IMG/VR virus record: IMGVR_UViG_3300022660_000058
Strand: one strand, 5' to 3'
Source: an uncultured virus (IMG/VR IMGVR_UViG_3300022660_000058)
Lineage: Duplodnaviria > Heunggongvirae > Uroviricota > Caudoviricetes
Length of the DNA: 58,614 bases
Positions 20,468 through 31,700 of the stretch are shown here, in pieces (positions within the stretch are counted from its first letter, which is position 1; the number at the start of each line of letters is the position of its first letter). The notes beneath the pieces were generated by a model. That model ran no database searches. It worked only from the letters and a program-made list of their open reading frames with translations, and was not told the origin of the DNA. The translations under genes and the position numbers were made by a program.

Positions 20468-20481
20468 ATGTATCTCCTATC

Positions 20482-21030
20482 TTAAAATGTGTTTGTAATA
20501 TAATTCTTAGCAAAATATGTGATAATCTTTGGGAACATTTTAATTAAAGCAACTTGAATACCTTTTTCTTCATCAAAATTGTCAAAATGTTTATTACAGG
20601 TCGATGTGGATTTAAACTTAGTTCCAATTCCTATATGTAATTCTACATCTGTTTTTTTACCGTTGTTACGAGTATCTATATACCACCACTGATTATCTCT
20701 AAGATAATGTTTGAGATATTTAATAACATAATGACCATCATTAAGTTCACTCATCATTGTCCACAGTTCATCTTTTTTAATTTGTCTCCACTCTGTCCAA
20801 GTAGGTTTCTTTTCTTCAACAACCTTTTCAAAATACTTTTCGTATTCATCATAAGACATTACACACTTTGCAAGACCTTCGATACCACAAAGCTTCATTT
20901 CGCCCTCTAAAGTAATTACAGTACCGTCAATATTGGTTACAGTAAAAACTGTACTAAGAGGAATACCAATCATCGGATTTTCGTTTACATATTTAATCTT
21001 GTCACCTGTTCTAAGCATTACGCTACACAC
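20482..21030 (-). CDS. Hypothetical protein
   Basis: ORF in the operon. Confidence 0.55.
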   Translation of the reverse strand: MCSVMLRTGDKIKYVNENPMIGIPLSTVFTVTNIDGTVITLEGEMKLCGIEGLAKCVMSYDEYEKYFEKVVEEKKPTWTEWRQIKKDELWTMMSELNDGHYVIKYLKHYLRDNQWWYIDTRNNGKKTDVELHIGIGTKFKSTSTCNKHFDNFDEEKGIQVALIKMFPKIITYFAKNYITNTF

Positions 21031-22268
21031 TCCTTTGTTTCTCTTTTATTTTTTAATTTTGTTAAATATATATTGAATTGGTCTATCATATTCTGTTCTT
21101 CATTGGTAACAGTTCTATTAAACTTTCCTCTTGCCTGAACAACCTCGTAATTTCTAATTTCGAGAGTTACCAAACTCTTATTGTATTGTTCTTCTTTTGG
21201 GAGAGTTTTATTTTGTTGTCTTAAGAACATAATATGACAGTTGCCATCAATAACCTTTTGAATATACGATGCTACACAGTTTGCTTGCTGAACAGCTTCG
21301 TCTTTAATATCCTGAGTTGTTTCGGGATAAATAAATTTATAATCATTAATCTTATATTCTAATTCTTTATCAATACGCTTTGCAAAATCTTGTTCTACAA
21401 AATATTCCTTAAGTCTATTGTAATTACGACAAGTAATCTGATGAGTTGATAAAAAGTATCTTGGATATTTTTCAAATTTAGGACTGAGCTTACTTGACAT
21501 TTTTACATAATCATAAAAGTCACTACAAAGTGTATTAAAATTATCTATTGCTTCATATGTCATTAGATTATCTAAATATGTAAGTAATGATTTAATATTG
21601 TAATTATAATTCTCTACTAAATATTTAAGATATATAGATTTTGAACCATAGTAATAGTAGCCATCGTTTTCTCGTCTGTTAAAATATAATCCGTATGTTA
21701 ACAGAAGGTTTTCGATATTATCTTTTGTAATTGAATTAAACTCCATACCTAATAACAGAGGATATAAATTAGGAATATTATTATAGGCTTTTAATGTATC
21801 TGAGTTTAATGCTATTTTATATTGTCTACAAACTTTAATAAGTCCTTTGGGAATATCATTCAAAGAACAATACAGTCTTTTGTTGCTTCTTGAATTTAAA
21901 TCTACATTAGTAAGTCCACAAGCAAAATATTGCTCATACTTAGCATAGTCATTAACTTTAGCAAGAAAACTACCTACATTACTAATTTTATTAACTGTAT
22001 AATCTGTATATCTATATCTGCCATAATAACTATCATATGCTGTGCTTCTGTTCACTTCCGTGTTAACAAAATCCATAAAGTTACGATAATTTTCATCTTC
22101 GATACATTCAATAATTTGTTTAATTGTATAACCTCTTAACTGTGTGTTTAAGGATTTAACAATGCGATTGTTTTTACCGATTGTCTCACCTGTTGCAAGA
22201 TTATATTTAACCGTCTTGCCATCGTTAAATTCAAAAACGATAAACTGTCTTTCTTTAAAAACTTTCAT
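21018..22268 (-). CDS. PcfJ-like domain protein
   Basis: C-terminal EAVQQANCVASY..I.FLR..LVTLEI..VQARGKFN motif. Confidence 0.7.
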   Translation of the reverse strand: MKVFKERQFIVFEFNDGKTVKYNLATGETIGKNNRIVKSLNTQLRGYTIKQIIECIEDENYRNFMDFVNTEVNRSTAYDSYYGRYRYTDYTVNKISNVGSFLAKVNDYAKYEQYFACGLTNVDLNSRSNKRLYCSLNDIPKGLIKVCRQYKIALNSDTLKAYNNIPNLYPLLLGMEFNSITKDNIENLLLTYGLYFNRRENDGYYYYGSKSIYLKYLVENYNYNIKSLLTYLDNLMTYEAIDNFNTLCSDFYDYVKMSSKLSPKFEKYPRYFLSTHQITCRNYNRLKEYFVEQDFAKRIDKELEYKINDYKFIYPETTQDIKDEAVQQANCVASYIQKVIDGNCHIMFLRQQNKTLPKEEQYNKSLVTLEIRNYEVVQARGKFNRTVTNEEQNMIDQFNIYLTKLKNKRETKECVA

Positions 22269-22299
22269 TTACATTATTTTCCTTTCACTTGATAATATA

Positions 22300-22328
22300 A
22301 TTATAATATTATTTTGTTCATTTGTCAA
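22300..22328 (-). promoter_or_regulatory. Conserved phage sigma-A-type promoter
   Basis: TTGACA-17-TATAAT with AAAATAATAT spacer. Confidence 0.85.
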
Positions 22329-22417
22329 TAGTTATATGGAAAATAATACAAGTTTGGTGAAAGTGCATAAACCATCCTATTTATATAGAATAATTATATA
22401 CACTTTCACCAATTTAT

Positions 22418-22606
22418 TTATTCTTTATAATAAAGCCCACAATGGCAATATCCACTTTCAATTTCTTCTACAAAGTTTTTACACATACATTTTGTATCTT
22501 TGTTGCGTTTGTTCGGTGGAACGCAAGGGCAATGTCCATTTGCTTGTTTAATGGCATCTCTCATTTCCTTAACAAACTCTTTGTCGGGGTTAACTTTAAT
22601 TTTCAT
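22418..22606 (-). CDS. Ferredoxin:thioredoxin reductase catalytic-subunit-like protein
   Basis: CPC..CMC..CHCGLY cysteine motifs. Confidence 0.75.
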   Translation of the reverse strand: MKIKVNPDKEFVKEMRDAIKQANGHCPCVPPNKRNKDTKCMCKNFVEEIESGYCHCGLYYKE

Positions 22607-23079
22607 TATCTTATTTCCACTCCATATTGATTATCTGAGGCAAGATATACTCCTAATGTATCATCATAATGTTTTTGTTGGTTAGGTATATATCTGCCGA
22701 ATTTAATAATTATAGGCTCATAAAGTCTAAGCCATTTTAGCTTATCTTCAACTTCATCTTTGTTGTATCCTGTATAAATAACAATATCATCACCACACCA
22801 ATATCTAAAATTCATAATAAAACATTGTAGCTCTTCCCAACTATCAAAGGGTTCTAACCCTCCACAAACAACAGCGTGTGTAATTGGGTTGCTCATATAT
22901 CTTTCAATCAATGAGTTGATAGAAATATTAATATTGGGCGATTTAACAAGAGAACTGTTTTGACACATTTTTTGACCACACTCCTTCTCACACTTGAAGG
23001 TGCAAGAAGGAAATGCGATAAACATACTTGGTTTTTTATAGTTAACAAAATCCTCATCAACTAATTGTTTAATAATCAT
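22606..23079 (-). CDS. nrdG: Anaerobic ribonucleotide reductase activase (radical SAM)
   Basis: C..C..C..CQN, GGLEP, IYTGY, KFGRY, SDNQ motifs; directly downstream of nrdD. Confidence 0.85.
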   Translation of the reverse strand: MIIKQLVDEDFVNYKKPSMFIAFPSCTFKCEKECGQKMCQNSSLVKSPNINISINSLIERYMSNPITHAVVCGGLEPFDSWEELQCFIMNFRYWCGDDIVIYTGYNKDEVEDKLKWLRLYEPIIIKFGRYIPNQQKHYDDTLGVYLASDNQYGVEIR

Positions 23080-23080
23080 A

Positions 23081-25024
23081 TTAATCTCCTATTAAAGAAG
23101 TTTCACCATACATAACACCTGTATCATACCACTGTCTTGCTGTAAACTCTTTAATTCTTTCTTTGCTATATGACTTAGAAGGTGTTAAGAAGCCTACTAC
23201 TCTTTGGTATGTATCAGCTTTAGGTTCATTGCACTCAGGGCAAATATCAGTACCAACAAATCCGTGATGGTTTTTGCATACATTGATTTTTGTATTGTAG
23301 CAGAAGTAAATAACTCCCTGACTTGCAATATAATTTAACATTTCCCAAGCCATATCTGTATTGGGGAAGTTATTATCAATATTAATGTGTGCAATAGCAC
23401 CACCCGAACACTTGTTATCAAGTATAGCACTTGTACGGATTTTTTCATTAATGGTACACTTTTCGGTAAGGGGTATCCACTGATTACTATAAATAAAGTC
23501 ATCGTGAACATCAAAAAGCATATTATCTTTTGCACATAAATTAACGGCGGCTCGTTCAGCAGGAACACTTTCAATATTAAATGAATACTCTGTTGTAAAG
23601 TTATCCTTTGTTTCATTTAAGATATTGAAAATCTTATCAGCAAATTCAATAGCCTCGTCTGTGTAGAATTTATTGCCAAACTCATCAGTATGAATATATC
23701 CGAATTTATTCATTACTTCATATAATCCTAAAATACCAATGGTGCAATACTGCTTATCCATTTCTACACCACCGTCACAATAGTTAGGCAGTAAGTTCTT
23801 ATCAATATTTCTTTTAATAATATGTCTTACTCTATCTAAAACCTTGCAACAAAGGGTCGTTCTCTTTTTGAGTAAGTTAAGATATTTTCTTTCGGTAATT
23901 TCTTCTCCAAGCTCATAAAAGATATGTACAAGATTAATTGTATTTACCTTTACAGAACCAATACTTAATGCTGTACCACCGATAGAGTTAATAAATCCTT
24001 TAAGCTTAGAAGTGTCGGAAAGAAGTCTACAACAATTTGATAATGTAGTTACATCGCCACTTACAAAGAAGTTACTATCATTCCACTGACAGTTGTGGTC
24101 TGAACACCATCTTGCAAATTCCTTATCTACAAACTCACCATCTTTATAAAGAAGTGAATAGGTTAATACAGGGAATGTAAACATATTTTCCTTTCTAACA
24201 TCAGAAACAACTTCCATAAATACTTTTTGGTGTTCAATGAACTCATCTACATAGTCAATAGCAAATGTACCATCGGGAAATTCAACTCCACCAAACAGTG
24301 CTGTATAATATTCTCTATCGAAAATAGAAACATTAACAAAAGCTGATTGGTCAATTCTCATAAAAGGCTGATTAAGTCTATAAATAAGCTTTTGGAATGA
24401 CTGTCTAAGGTAGTAATCAGGATTCTTGATATAATAACCTGTCTCACAGTCTCTCTTCCAAAAATAATAAGTCCATACAAGAATATTAGGAATACCAACT
24501 GCACCACTACTTCTATTTGACATAAAGCTGATAAATTCAATTACATCATCAACAAATGTTGTAAGATGTTTAGGTGGCTGATTATTATAGTTATTTCTTA
24601 AAAAGAATAGTCCGTCTGTTGCTAATCTTGTAAGGTCATAAGCATAACAATAAGGGAAGAATGAAGTTGTGGGAAAATCGTGTAAATAGAATCCACCAAT
24701 CCATTCGGTTTCAAGCCACTCTTTTGCAGTCTTTAAACCATACTTCTTTTTAATTTCATAAAATATCTTATTTGCTACAATAAGCTTATCAACTGACTTG
24801 CCCTTTTCACTTCTAAGAGATGCCACATCTTTATTTGAAGCATTTGCATTACTATCTATAGATACATCGGCTACATTCTTATCGACAAAAGCATCAATAA
24901 AATCTGAAAAGTTTAACTGAGAGTTATGAACACCATTTAAGATTTCAAAATCTTCACCATATTTATCTCTCAAATTATCAATAGCTCTTTCAAAGTCTTT
25001 ATTAAATTTATAATTTACTTCCAT
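23081..25024 (-). CDS. nrdD: Class III anaerobic ribonucleotide reductase (no ATP cone)
   Basis: YLHD..PYCYA, FTFPV, SNCCRL, ESVPAE, C-terminal Zn ribbon and RVVGFL glycyl-radical loop. Confidence 0.92.
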   Translation of the reverse strand: MEVNYKFNKDFERAIDNLRDKYGEDFEILNGVHNSQLNFSDFIDAFVDKNVADVSIDSNANASNKDVASLRSEKGKSVDKLIVANKIFYEIKKKYGLKTAKEWLETEWIGGFYLHDFPTTSFFPYCYAYDLTRLATDGLFFLRNNYNNQPPKHLTTFVDDVIEFISFMSNRSSGAVGIPNILVWTYYFWKRDCETGYYIKNPDYYLRQSFQKLIYRLNQPFMRIDQSAFVNVSIFDREYYTALFGGVEFPDGTFAIDYVDEFIEHQKVFMEVVSDVRKENMFTFPVLTYSLLYKDGEFVDKEFARWCSDHNCQWNDSNFFVSGDVTTLSNCCRLLSDTSKLKGFINSIGGTALSIGSVKVNTINLVHIFYELGEEITERKYLNLLKKRTTLCCKVLDRVRHIIKRNIDKNLLPNYCDGGVEMDKQYCTIGILGLYEVMNKFGYIHTDEFGNKFYTDEAIEFADKIFNILNETKDNFTTEYSFNIESVPAERAAVNLCAKDNMLFDVHDDFIYSNQWIPLTEKCTINEKIRTSAILDNKCSGGAIAHINIDNNFPNTDMAWEMLNYIASQGVIYFCYNTKINVCKNHHGFVGTDICPECNEPKADTYQRVVGFLTPSKSYSKERIKEFTARQWYDTGVMYGETSLIGD

Positions 25025-25025
25025 C

Positions 25026-25247
25026 TTATGTCTCCTGTTCATTTGTATAAGTGTTTATAAAATTATTAGCAGTTGCAAAATCCATTAAAACTCCATCTGC
25101 TTCAAGCATAGGCAGAAATTCAATATTTTTTTCTTGCATAACCACTTCGTCTGTTACTTCAACATACTGAATATTTTTTGCTTTAAGTTTGCTTGCTAAC
25201 ACACGACATCTCGGACAATGTGTTGTGTATAATGTGATATTATTCAT
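25026..25247 (-). CDS. Glutaredoxin/NrdH-like redoxin
   Basis: LYTTHCPRC CxxC motif; upstream of nrdD. Confidence 0.8.
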   Translation of the reverse strand: MNNITLYTTHCPRCRVLASKLKAKNIQYVEVTDEVVMQEKNIEFLPMLEADGVLMDFATANNFINTYTNEQET

Positions 25248-25893
25248 TAGTTTCACCACTTTCTTTTAAAATCAATTCTTTAAAACGAGGTAATGATTCG
25301 ACCCATCTACAGAAAATTATCCATTCGGGTAATCTATGTGTTTTACGCTGATGATATATTGTTTTGAGCTGTCTGTAATTTGTAGTCATTCTTGCAGTAA
25401 GCTTAAAACCACAAGGGTTAGAGTAAAGAATTTCAAGATAACGCCTTTTCATTTCTTCAGCGTGTTCTTGTTGAATTTGAACGGATTGAGGTGTGAGACT
25501 ATTTTTCCATTCAAAATCTATTCGATTATACTCTGCTACCTTTTCTTTCATAATTGCAATAATTCTTGGGTCAACATATTCAATGTATGCTTTATCCAAA
25601 TCAAACTTTGTAATACGATGCATTGTTGATTGTGAACTTACAAAATCAAAGAAATGATAACGCTCTGCTTCAGTCCAACATTTAACAGTATAAGTTAAAT
25701 CAAACTGAACAATAATTCCATTTAAGAAATTATCGTGACCCTCACCCATATCACAACTCGCTAAACCAACAGTTCGTTTTGTTATGTCCGAAGAAAGTGT
25801 TTCTATATCTACAGACATAGGATATTTTGAAGCTTTAATACTTTCATCAAAGCCATATACTTTGACATTGCTGATAATATCTTTAATTTCCAT
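25240..25893 (-). CDS. Divergent ThyX-like phage protein
   Basis: GHDNFL..W.EAERY..SSQSTMHR..NYRQLKTIY.QRK.HRLPEW pattern; nucleotide-metabolism cluster. Confidence 0.45.
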   Translation of the reverse strand: MEIKDIISNVKVYGFDESIKASKYPMSVDIETLSSDITKRTVGLASCDMGEGHDNFLNGIIVQFDLTYTVKCWTEAERYHFFDFVSSQSTMHRITKFDLDKAYIEYVDPRIIAIMKEKVAEYNRIDFEWKNSLTPQSVQIQQEHAEEMKRRYLEILYSNPCGFKLTARMTTNYRQLKTIYHQRKTHRLPEWIIFCRWVESLPRFKELILKESGETNE

Positions 25894-26125
25894 TGTTTTC
25901 TCCTTGTTCTTCGTGGAATGAATCATACAGCTCCACCATATGATTTATAAAATCATTTTTTGTAGCAAACATAGCCCATTCAAGCATTGACCTACCTGCA
26001 CTCAAACACACATTATCAATCTGTTCCTGTGTTAACATTTCTTCTTCGGTGGTTTCGGTAATTCGAGGTTCGGTAGTGCCAAAATCTAACTGTACTACAT
26101 TATTCTTTTTGGTCTTTTTTCTCAT
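25883..26125 (-). CDS. Hypothetical protein
   Basis: ATG at 26125 after GGAGG RBS. Confidence 0.5.
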   Translation of the reverse strand: MRKKTKKNNVVQLDFGTTEPRITETTEEEMLTQEQIDNVCLSAGRSMLEWAMFATKNDFINHMVELYDSFHEEQGENNGN

Positions 26126-28448
26126 TGTTGTCCTCCTTAATATTATTTTGTTTATTTGTAAAGTTATCATAGTAATCTATGATATACTCTTTAAACCAAG
26201 TATGTCTTGATAAGTCAGCCTTTTTCTTAATAGCTGAATTAACGGTTGGTGCTGTGCCAAAATGAATAACCTTATCTTTAGCTCTCGTTACTCCTACATA
26301 TAATAAATTACTACTTAACATATATGTATGAGCTTTAGGAGTAAGTAAAATAATTACCTTTGCACTACCACCCTGACTTTTATGAATTGAAATACTATAA
26401 GCAAGTTTAACATTAGCCATATCTGTCTTGTCATATACTACCATTTCATCATTAAACTTAATATATACAATATTTTTGTCAATGTGTTTGATAACACCAA
26501 TTTCACCATTTGGAATAAAAGTTTCTTTGGGTTTACCATTATAACCCTCAATTACTTTATAATTATCATCACATAAATTTGCCTTATAGTTATTTTTTGT
26601 TTGGATTACAATGTCATCAATAGCAAATGTGATAGCTTCATCATCTTTGCCCATTTTTAAACTTTTATCGGTATTGCTTACATTTTTATTAACAATAGAC
26701 TGTAAAACATTATTTATTGCAGTCGTTCCATAGTTGCCTTTGTTATAAGCTGATAAAATTAAAATATCTTCTTTAGGAAATCCTGCATCTATCAACTTTT
26801 TATATAAGGTTTTAACCTTATTAACCATTGTTTCTTGTGGTGTTTCAATAAACATATACTTTTTATCTCCAAGGTCTTTTTTAAGATAGCTTTGAGAGTT
26901 TCTTATATCTGTTGCCACAGTAAGAATTGAATTATTACCATATCGGAAAATCTTGGTCAATCTGTTAATAGGAACTTTGTTAGAATGAACTATATCATAT
27001 AACACATTACCTGCTCCCACAGAAGGTAACTGAGCCTCATCGCCAACTAATAAAAGTTTGGTTTTTGTAAAATCAATTCTGTTAATTAAATTGTAAAATA
27101 ATGAAAGGTCACACATTGAAACCTCGTCAATAATTACCATATCAACATATATTTTAGGGTTTTCCTCCCCCATACTTTCCATAGCATCCATAGAATATAA
27201 TAACTTATGAATGGTTTGGGCAGGACATTTGGTATACTCTGATAAAACTTTACTTGCTCTACCTGTTGGTGCTAAAAGCATAAAACTTTTATCATTATCT
27301 TTAAGCATTTGGATAAGAGAAAGTGTAGAGGCAGATTTACCTGAACCTGCATAACCTGACAATACAGAAATATTACTATCACATACCATTTGTAAAGTAT
27401 TTAACTGCTCATCGGTTAATTGGATATTATCGTTGCAACGATACTTTTCAATATCAACACTCCATTTAGTTGAATTATTTAAAGCATCAGCAATAATTTC
27501 GGCACACATTACTTCTTTATAATGTGTTCTTGTATTGGCAATCCATTTATTTTCTAAGTCTACATATATCTGCTTACCTAATTCTTCATCATCATTTGCA
27601 TTTTTACAAATATCAACCAAATGATTAAAGCACTCAGGTACAAGACTCTTCAACTCTTTACCTATTGTTTTAATATCAAGTATCGTATTGCCATTTACTT
27701 CATTCTCATCAAGCAACCAAGTTAATGCCGACAAACATCTATCTTTGGAAACACTTAATTCATTATTAAATTTAAATGGTGGTTCTTTACCTTCTTCAAT
27801 ATCCTTATTGATTTGTTTTTCGAGTGTAAGTAAAGTCTTATCGGCAGTCTTAAAGCCAACACGATTAATTTGACATAAACATTCGTATGGTTTTTGCTCT
27901 AATGATTGAACAATTTTCTCCGTTGAACCATAATAATCAAAGAGTTTTTTAATAATGGTGAATGAGAAATAGCCTCCCAAACTCTCTACAATATCTGCAA
28001 GCATAAAATTAGAGCGTATCTTATTGATAATAACTTCAATTCTATATTTACCAATATTATAAAGTTTATTTGTGTCTATTTCATCAGTTCTGTCTTCCAT
28101 TACAATATCAATAATGTTAGGATATTCCCTTATGATTTCTTCGGCTTGTGAATAACTTAAATCACAAGCATAAAGAAATTGCTTTAAACCTTCGGTAGAC
28201 ATTGGCTTTTGCTGTTTGATATATTTGATTCGATAATCATAACCATACTTGCTCTGCTTTTCGTCTGCCTCAATATCATACAACATTCCTAATGATAAAT
28301 CGCCACAATCGCCTGAAATTGTAACATTAAAATAATTATTTAATTTAACATCAGGAAATTTATGCCTATCTATATCACAGGCATATATCTTATAATTATC
28401 TGCACTAAAAATGCAGTGTACAGGCGTTGCTTCAAATTTAATACTCAT
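26100..28448 (-). CDS. RecD2-like SF1 helicase
   Basis: GYAGSGKS Walker A, LAPTGRA, IIDEVSM, VGDEAQLPSVGAG, YSISIHKSQG, YVGVTRAK. Confidence 0.92.
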   Translation of the reverse strand: MSIKFEATPVHCIFSADNYKIYACDIDRHKFPDVKLNNYFNVTISGDCGDLSLGMLYDIEADEKQSKYGYDYRIKYIKQQKPMSTEGLKQFLYACDLSYSQAEEIIREYPNIIDIVMEDRTDEIDTNKLYNIGKYRIEVIINKIRSNFMLADIVESLGGYFSFTIIKKLFDYYGSTEKIVQSLEQKPYECLCQINRVGFKTADKTLLTLEKQINKDIEEGKEPPFKFNNELSVSKDRCLSALTWLLDENEVNGNTILDIKTIGKELKSLVPECFNHLVDICKNANDDEELGKQIYVDLENKWIANTRTHYKEVMCAEIIADALNNSTKWSVDIEKYRCNDNIQLTDEQLNTLQMVCDSNISVLSGYAGSGKSASTLSLIQMLKDNDKSFMLLAPTGRASKVLSEYTKCPAQTIHKLLYSMDAMESMGEENPKIYVDMVIIDEVSMCDLSLFYNLINRIDFTKTKLLLVGDEAQLPSVGAGNVLYDIVHSNKVPINRLTKIFRYGNNSILTVATDIRNSQSYLKKDLGDKKYMFIETPQETMVNKVKTLYKKLIDAGFPKEDILILSAYNKGNYGTTAINNVLQSIVNKNVSNTDKSLKMGKDDEAITFAIDDIVIQTKNNYKANLCDDNYKVIEGYNGKPKETFIPNGEIGVIKHIDKNIVYIKFNDEMVVYDKTDMANVKLAYSISIHKSQGGSAKVIILLTPKAHTYMLSSNLLYVGVTRAKDKVIHFGTAPTVNSAIKKKADLSRHTWFKEYIIDYYDNFTNKQNNIKEDNNEKKDQKE

Positions 28449-28503
28449 TACATTCTTCCTTTGATAAAAATAGTGTATTAAATTTTTATCTAATACACTA
28501 TAT

Positions 28504-28532
28504 ATTATAATATTATTTTATTGCTTTGTCAA
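28504..28532 (-). promoter_or_regulatory. Conserved phage sigma-A-type promoter
   Basis: TTGACA-17-TATAAT with AAAATAATAT spacer. Confidence 0.85.
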
Positions 28533-28722
28533 TAGTAAATTTAAAAATTTCACTATCTTTTGGTATTTTTATTCTAAAATCAGTATATTCTTTTGTTTCG
28601 GGTATATACAATTCTATATTTCCTTCTTCATCTTCGTAATATTCTGCTTTTGGTTTATGATTTTTAACACACCAATAAAATAAATTAACTAAATCAACGG
28701 TTACTTTATCACCATTTTGCAT
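28513..28722 (-). CDS. Hypothetical protein
   Basis: Short ORF after dnaE with GGAGG RBS. Confidence 0.5.
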   Translation of the reverse strand: MQNGDKVTVDLVNLFYWCVKNHKPKAEYYEDEEGNIELYIPETKEYTDFRIKIPKDSEIFKFTIDKAIK

Positions 28723-28724
28723 TA

Positions 28725-31700
28725 TTAGTACACCTCCCACTCTGAAAGTATCTGTTCATCCTCATCGGTCTTTTTCCATTCTCCACCGATGCACTTGGTT
28801 TTCTTTTGTGTTTTCCATTTAACCACTTTAACTATATCAAAAAGACCAAACGGAGCAACTGCAAAGAAATCTCTATCTTTTACTTTTGTCTTAATATATT
28901 CTCCTGTATTTACATTATAAAGGGTCAAATAAGGCTTTAATTTATCCTTAAAGGTTTTATATTCTGTCACTATGAAAAAGCTCTTAGGGGCTTTTTTGTA
29001 AAGAGATATGGGGTTTCCTAAGTGTTCTATTTCATACTTCATTTGTTCTTTGATTGATAATGCTTTGTTGGGTATCATTTCGGATATTTCAGCTATATAT
29101 CCAATCATATCTAAATCTTTATACATTTTTGCTGTTTTAGATTTAGCATACTTTTGGAATATCTCTTCATTAATATTAAGTGTTTCCAAATCGGCAAACT
29201 TAATCTGTTTTCTACTTGCTAAATTATCATATAACTTATATATTGACAGTAGTTTTTTATTGTTCCCAAAGTCAGAAAAGAAATTCAAACTGATAAGAAT
29301 TTCTATCTGTCTGCTATCACAAGAGGTTTTTGTTACAATATCATCTAATAATTCAATAAAGGAGTTATATGTATTGTTTTGAGCTAAATCATAAAGTTCT
29401 TTTGCTATTTGTGCATTAAGATATTTTATAGATTTAATACCCTGATAAATAGAATTTGTTTTTTTATCCATAAAATACACATCAACGGATTTGCCAAACT
29501 TAATAGGATTAATTTCAATACCTTGTTTTTCAATATAGGTTTTAATCTTATTGCTCTTTCCTTCATCTTCTTGATAAACATTCAAAGCAACTGTTAAAAA
29601 CTCTAATGGATAATAATATCTTAAATATCCACACATATATCCTAAGAATGAATAGGGAACAGCGTGGTTATTAGAAAAAAGATAAGAGCTTGCATCAACA
29701 ATAACTTGAATGAATGATTCGATTAAGCGTTCACTTTCCTCAGTTGAAATGCTATATTCTTTTTGCATAGTTTCCGTAAAACCATTTTTGATTTTAGGAA
29801 TAAATTGTTCTGTACCTGTTTTCTTGGCAAAACCTCGTCTAACAATGTCTGCTTGCCCCATAGTATAACCACAGAATGAGTGCAGAAATTCAATGATTTG
29901 TTCTTGATAAACTAAGTAACCAAGTGTAGGTGCTAAGAAATTATTTAATGCTTCGTGTCCGTTGTCTCTATATATACCCTTTGCAAGCTCTTCACGATAA
30001 GAAGCACCAGCAGGTCTAATAGCACCGTTAGCCATTGACATTAAATCTATATAAGAGAAATTGGGGTTAACTTTTTTGATATTTGATATTGTTGTTTCGC
30101 TAAATAGTTCTTTTAAGTAACCACCTGCACTATCAGATTCAAACTGAAAGATAGCAGTGTTATCATCTCTGATACTATTCCACACTTTCATATCAGTTAA
30201 ATCAACATTGTCAGGAGTAAGTCTTTCAATACCAACCAAATCACAGGTATCATTGATAAGTCCAACACAGTCTAATCCTAATACATCTAACTTAACAAAA
30301 TTAAGAGAGTCAATTTCTTTCATATTAATTTGAGAGATAGGATTTTCGTTTTCTGAAGTAGTACAAGTACCAAAGAAGGGTTCAATGGGGAATGGGCTTA
30401 CAACCAATCCCGCAGGGTGATTACCGATAGATACGATAACACCTTGTACTATATCAACATACTCAAAAAGTTTAGGATATTGTTTACGATATTTTTCATC
30501 AATTTTAAATTGTTTATTTTCATCTACAAATACTTCGTTGCTTAATTCCTGTGTTTCGACAGGTGACATATCTAATGCTCTACCAACATCTTTTATAGCA
30601 CCCTTCATAGCAATGGTATTAAATGTAATAATATCACAACAATATAATCCTTCTTTGTTGTATAAGTATTTTCTTACTTCGCCTCTATCCCTCTTAAACC
30701 AGTCAGTATCAATATCAGCAAGACTAACACGCTCTTTATTCATAAAACGCTCAAAGTTAAGATTATATTTAATACTATCTACCTCGGTGATACCAAGTAA
30801 ATAAGCAATAACACTACCTGATACACTACCTCTTGAATATCCAAACGGTATACCATTTTTTCTTAAAGCAGTTTTATAGTCCTCTTCAAGTAACATAAAG
30901 TCGATTGCTTCATTGTATTTATATGTATCATACTCATATAAAATTCTATCCCGATATTCTTTAAAGTTGGGCTTCTTGTCTATGCCACGCCATTTAATCC
31001 CTTTTGCAATCTTTTCTTTAAAAGCCTTTTCTGAATCATCATATAATTTAGGATATTTCTTTGTGCTATCAATAGTATACTCTTCTACCATATTAGCCAT
31101 TCTGTTGGTATTTTCAATAGCCTCTAAATAAACTTCTCGTGGTAAAACACCTTGTTGCTCATATGCCTGAACTAATTCGTCATAGGTTTTAAAGGTCATA
31201 TCCCAACCATCTTCGTTATCAAAAGAAGTATTTTTTGATTTCTGTAAAATAGCTCTACCCTTTGCATATGTCTCATCCAATGAGTGAGTATCTGTTCCTG
31301 CAATAAGGGGGATACCGTAAGTACGGTTGTAACCCCATAAATATAGGTTGTATCTTGCTTGTTCCATTGTGTTGTGATGTTGTACTTCAAGAAAACACCT
31401 ATGTTTGTTAGCAATTACCCATTGTAAAAAGTCATTTTCTAATTCTTCATCATTAGAATTTAAAAGACCACCAAGACAAGCTGTAGTAATAATAATATTA
31501 TCGCTTGTATTTTTTAATTCTTCATAAGTTATTCTTGGATTGAAATAAAAATGACCATCTTCACGATTAAATGATTTTGAAGTCAGTTCATTTAATTCTT
31601 TAAAACCCTCATAGTTTTTAGCAATTAAAACACAGTGGTAATTATCACGAACTTTAATTGGCTCATTATTTTCATCTATTTCAATAGCTTTAGTAATATA

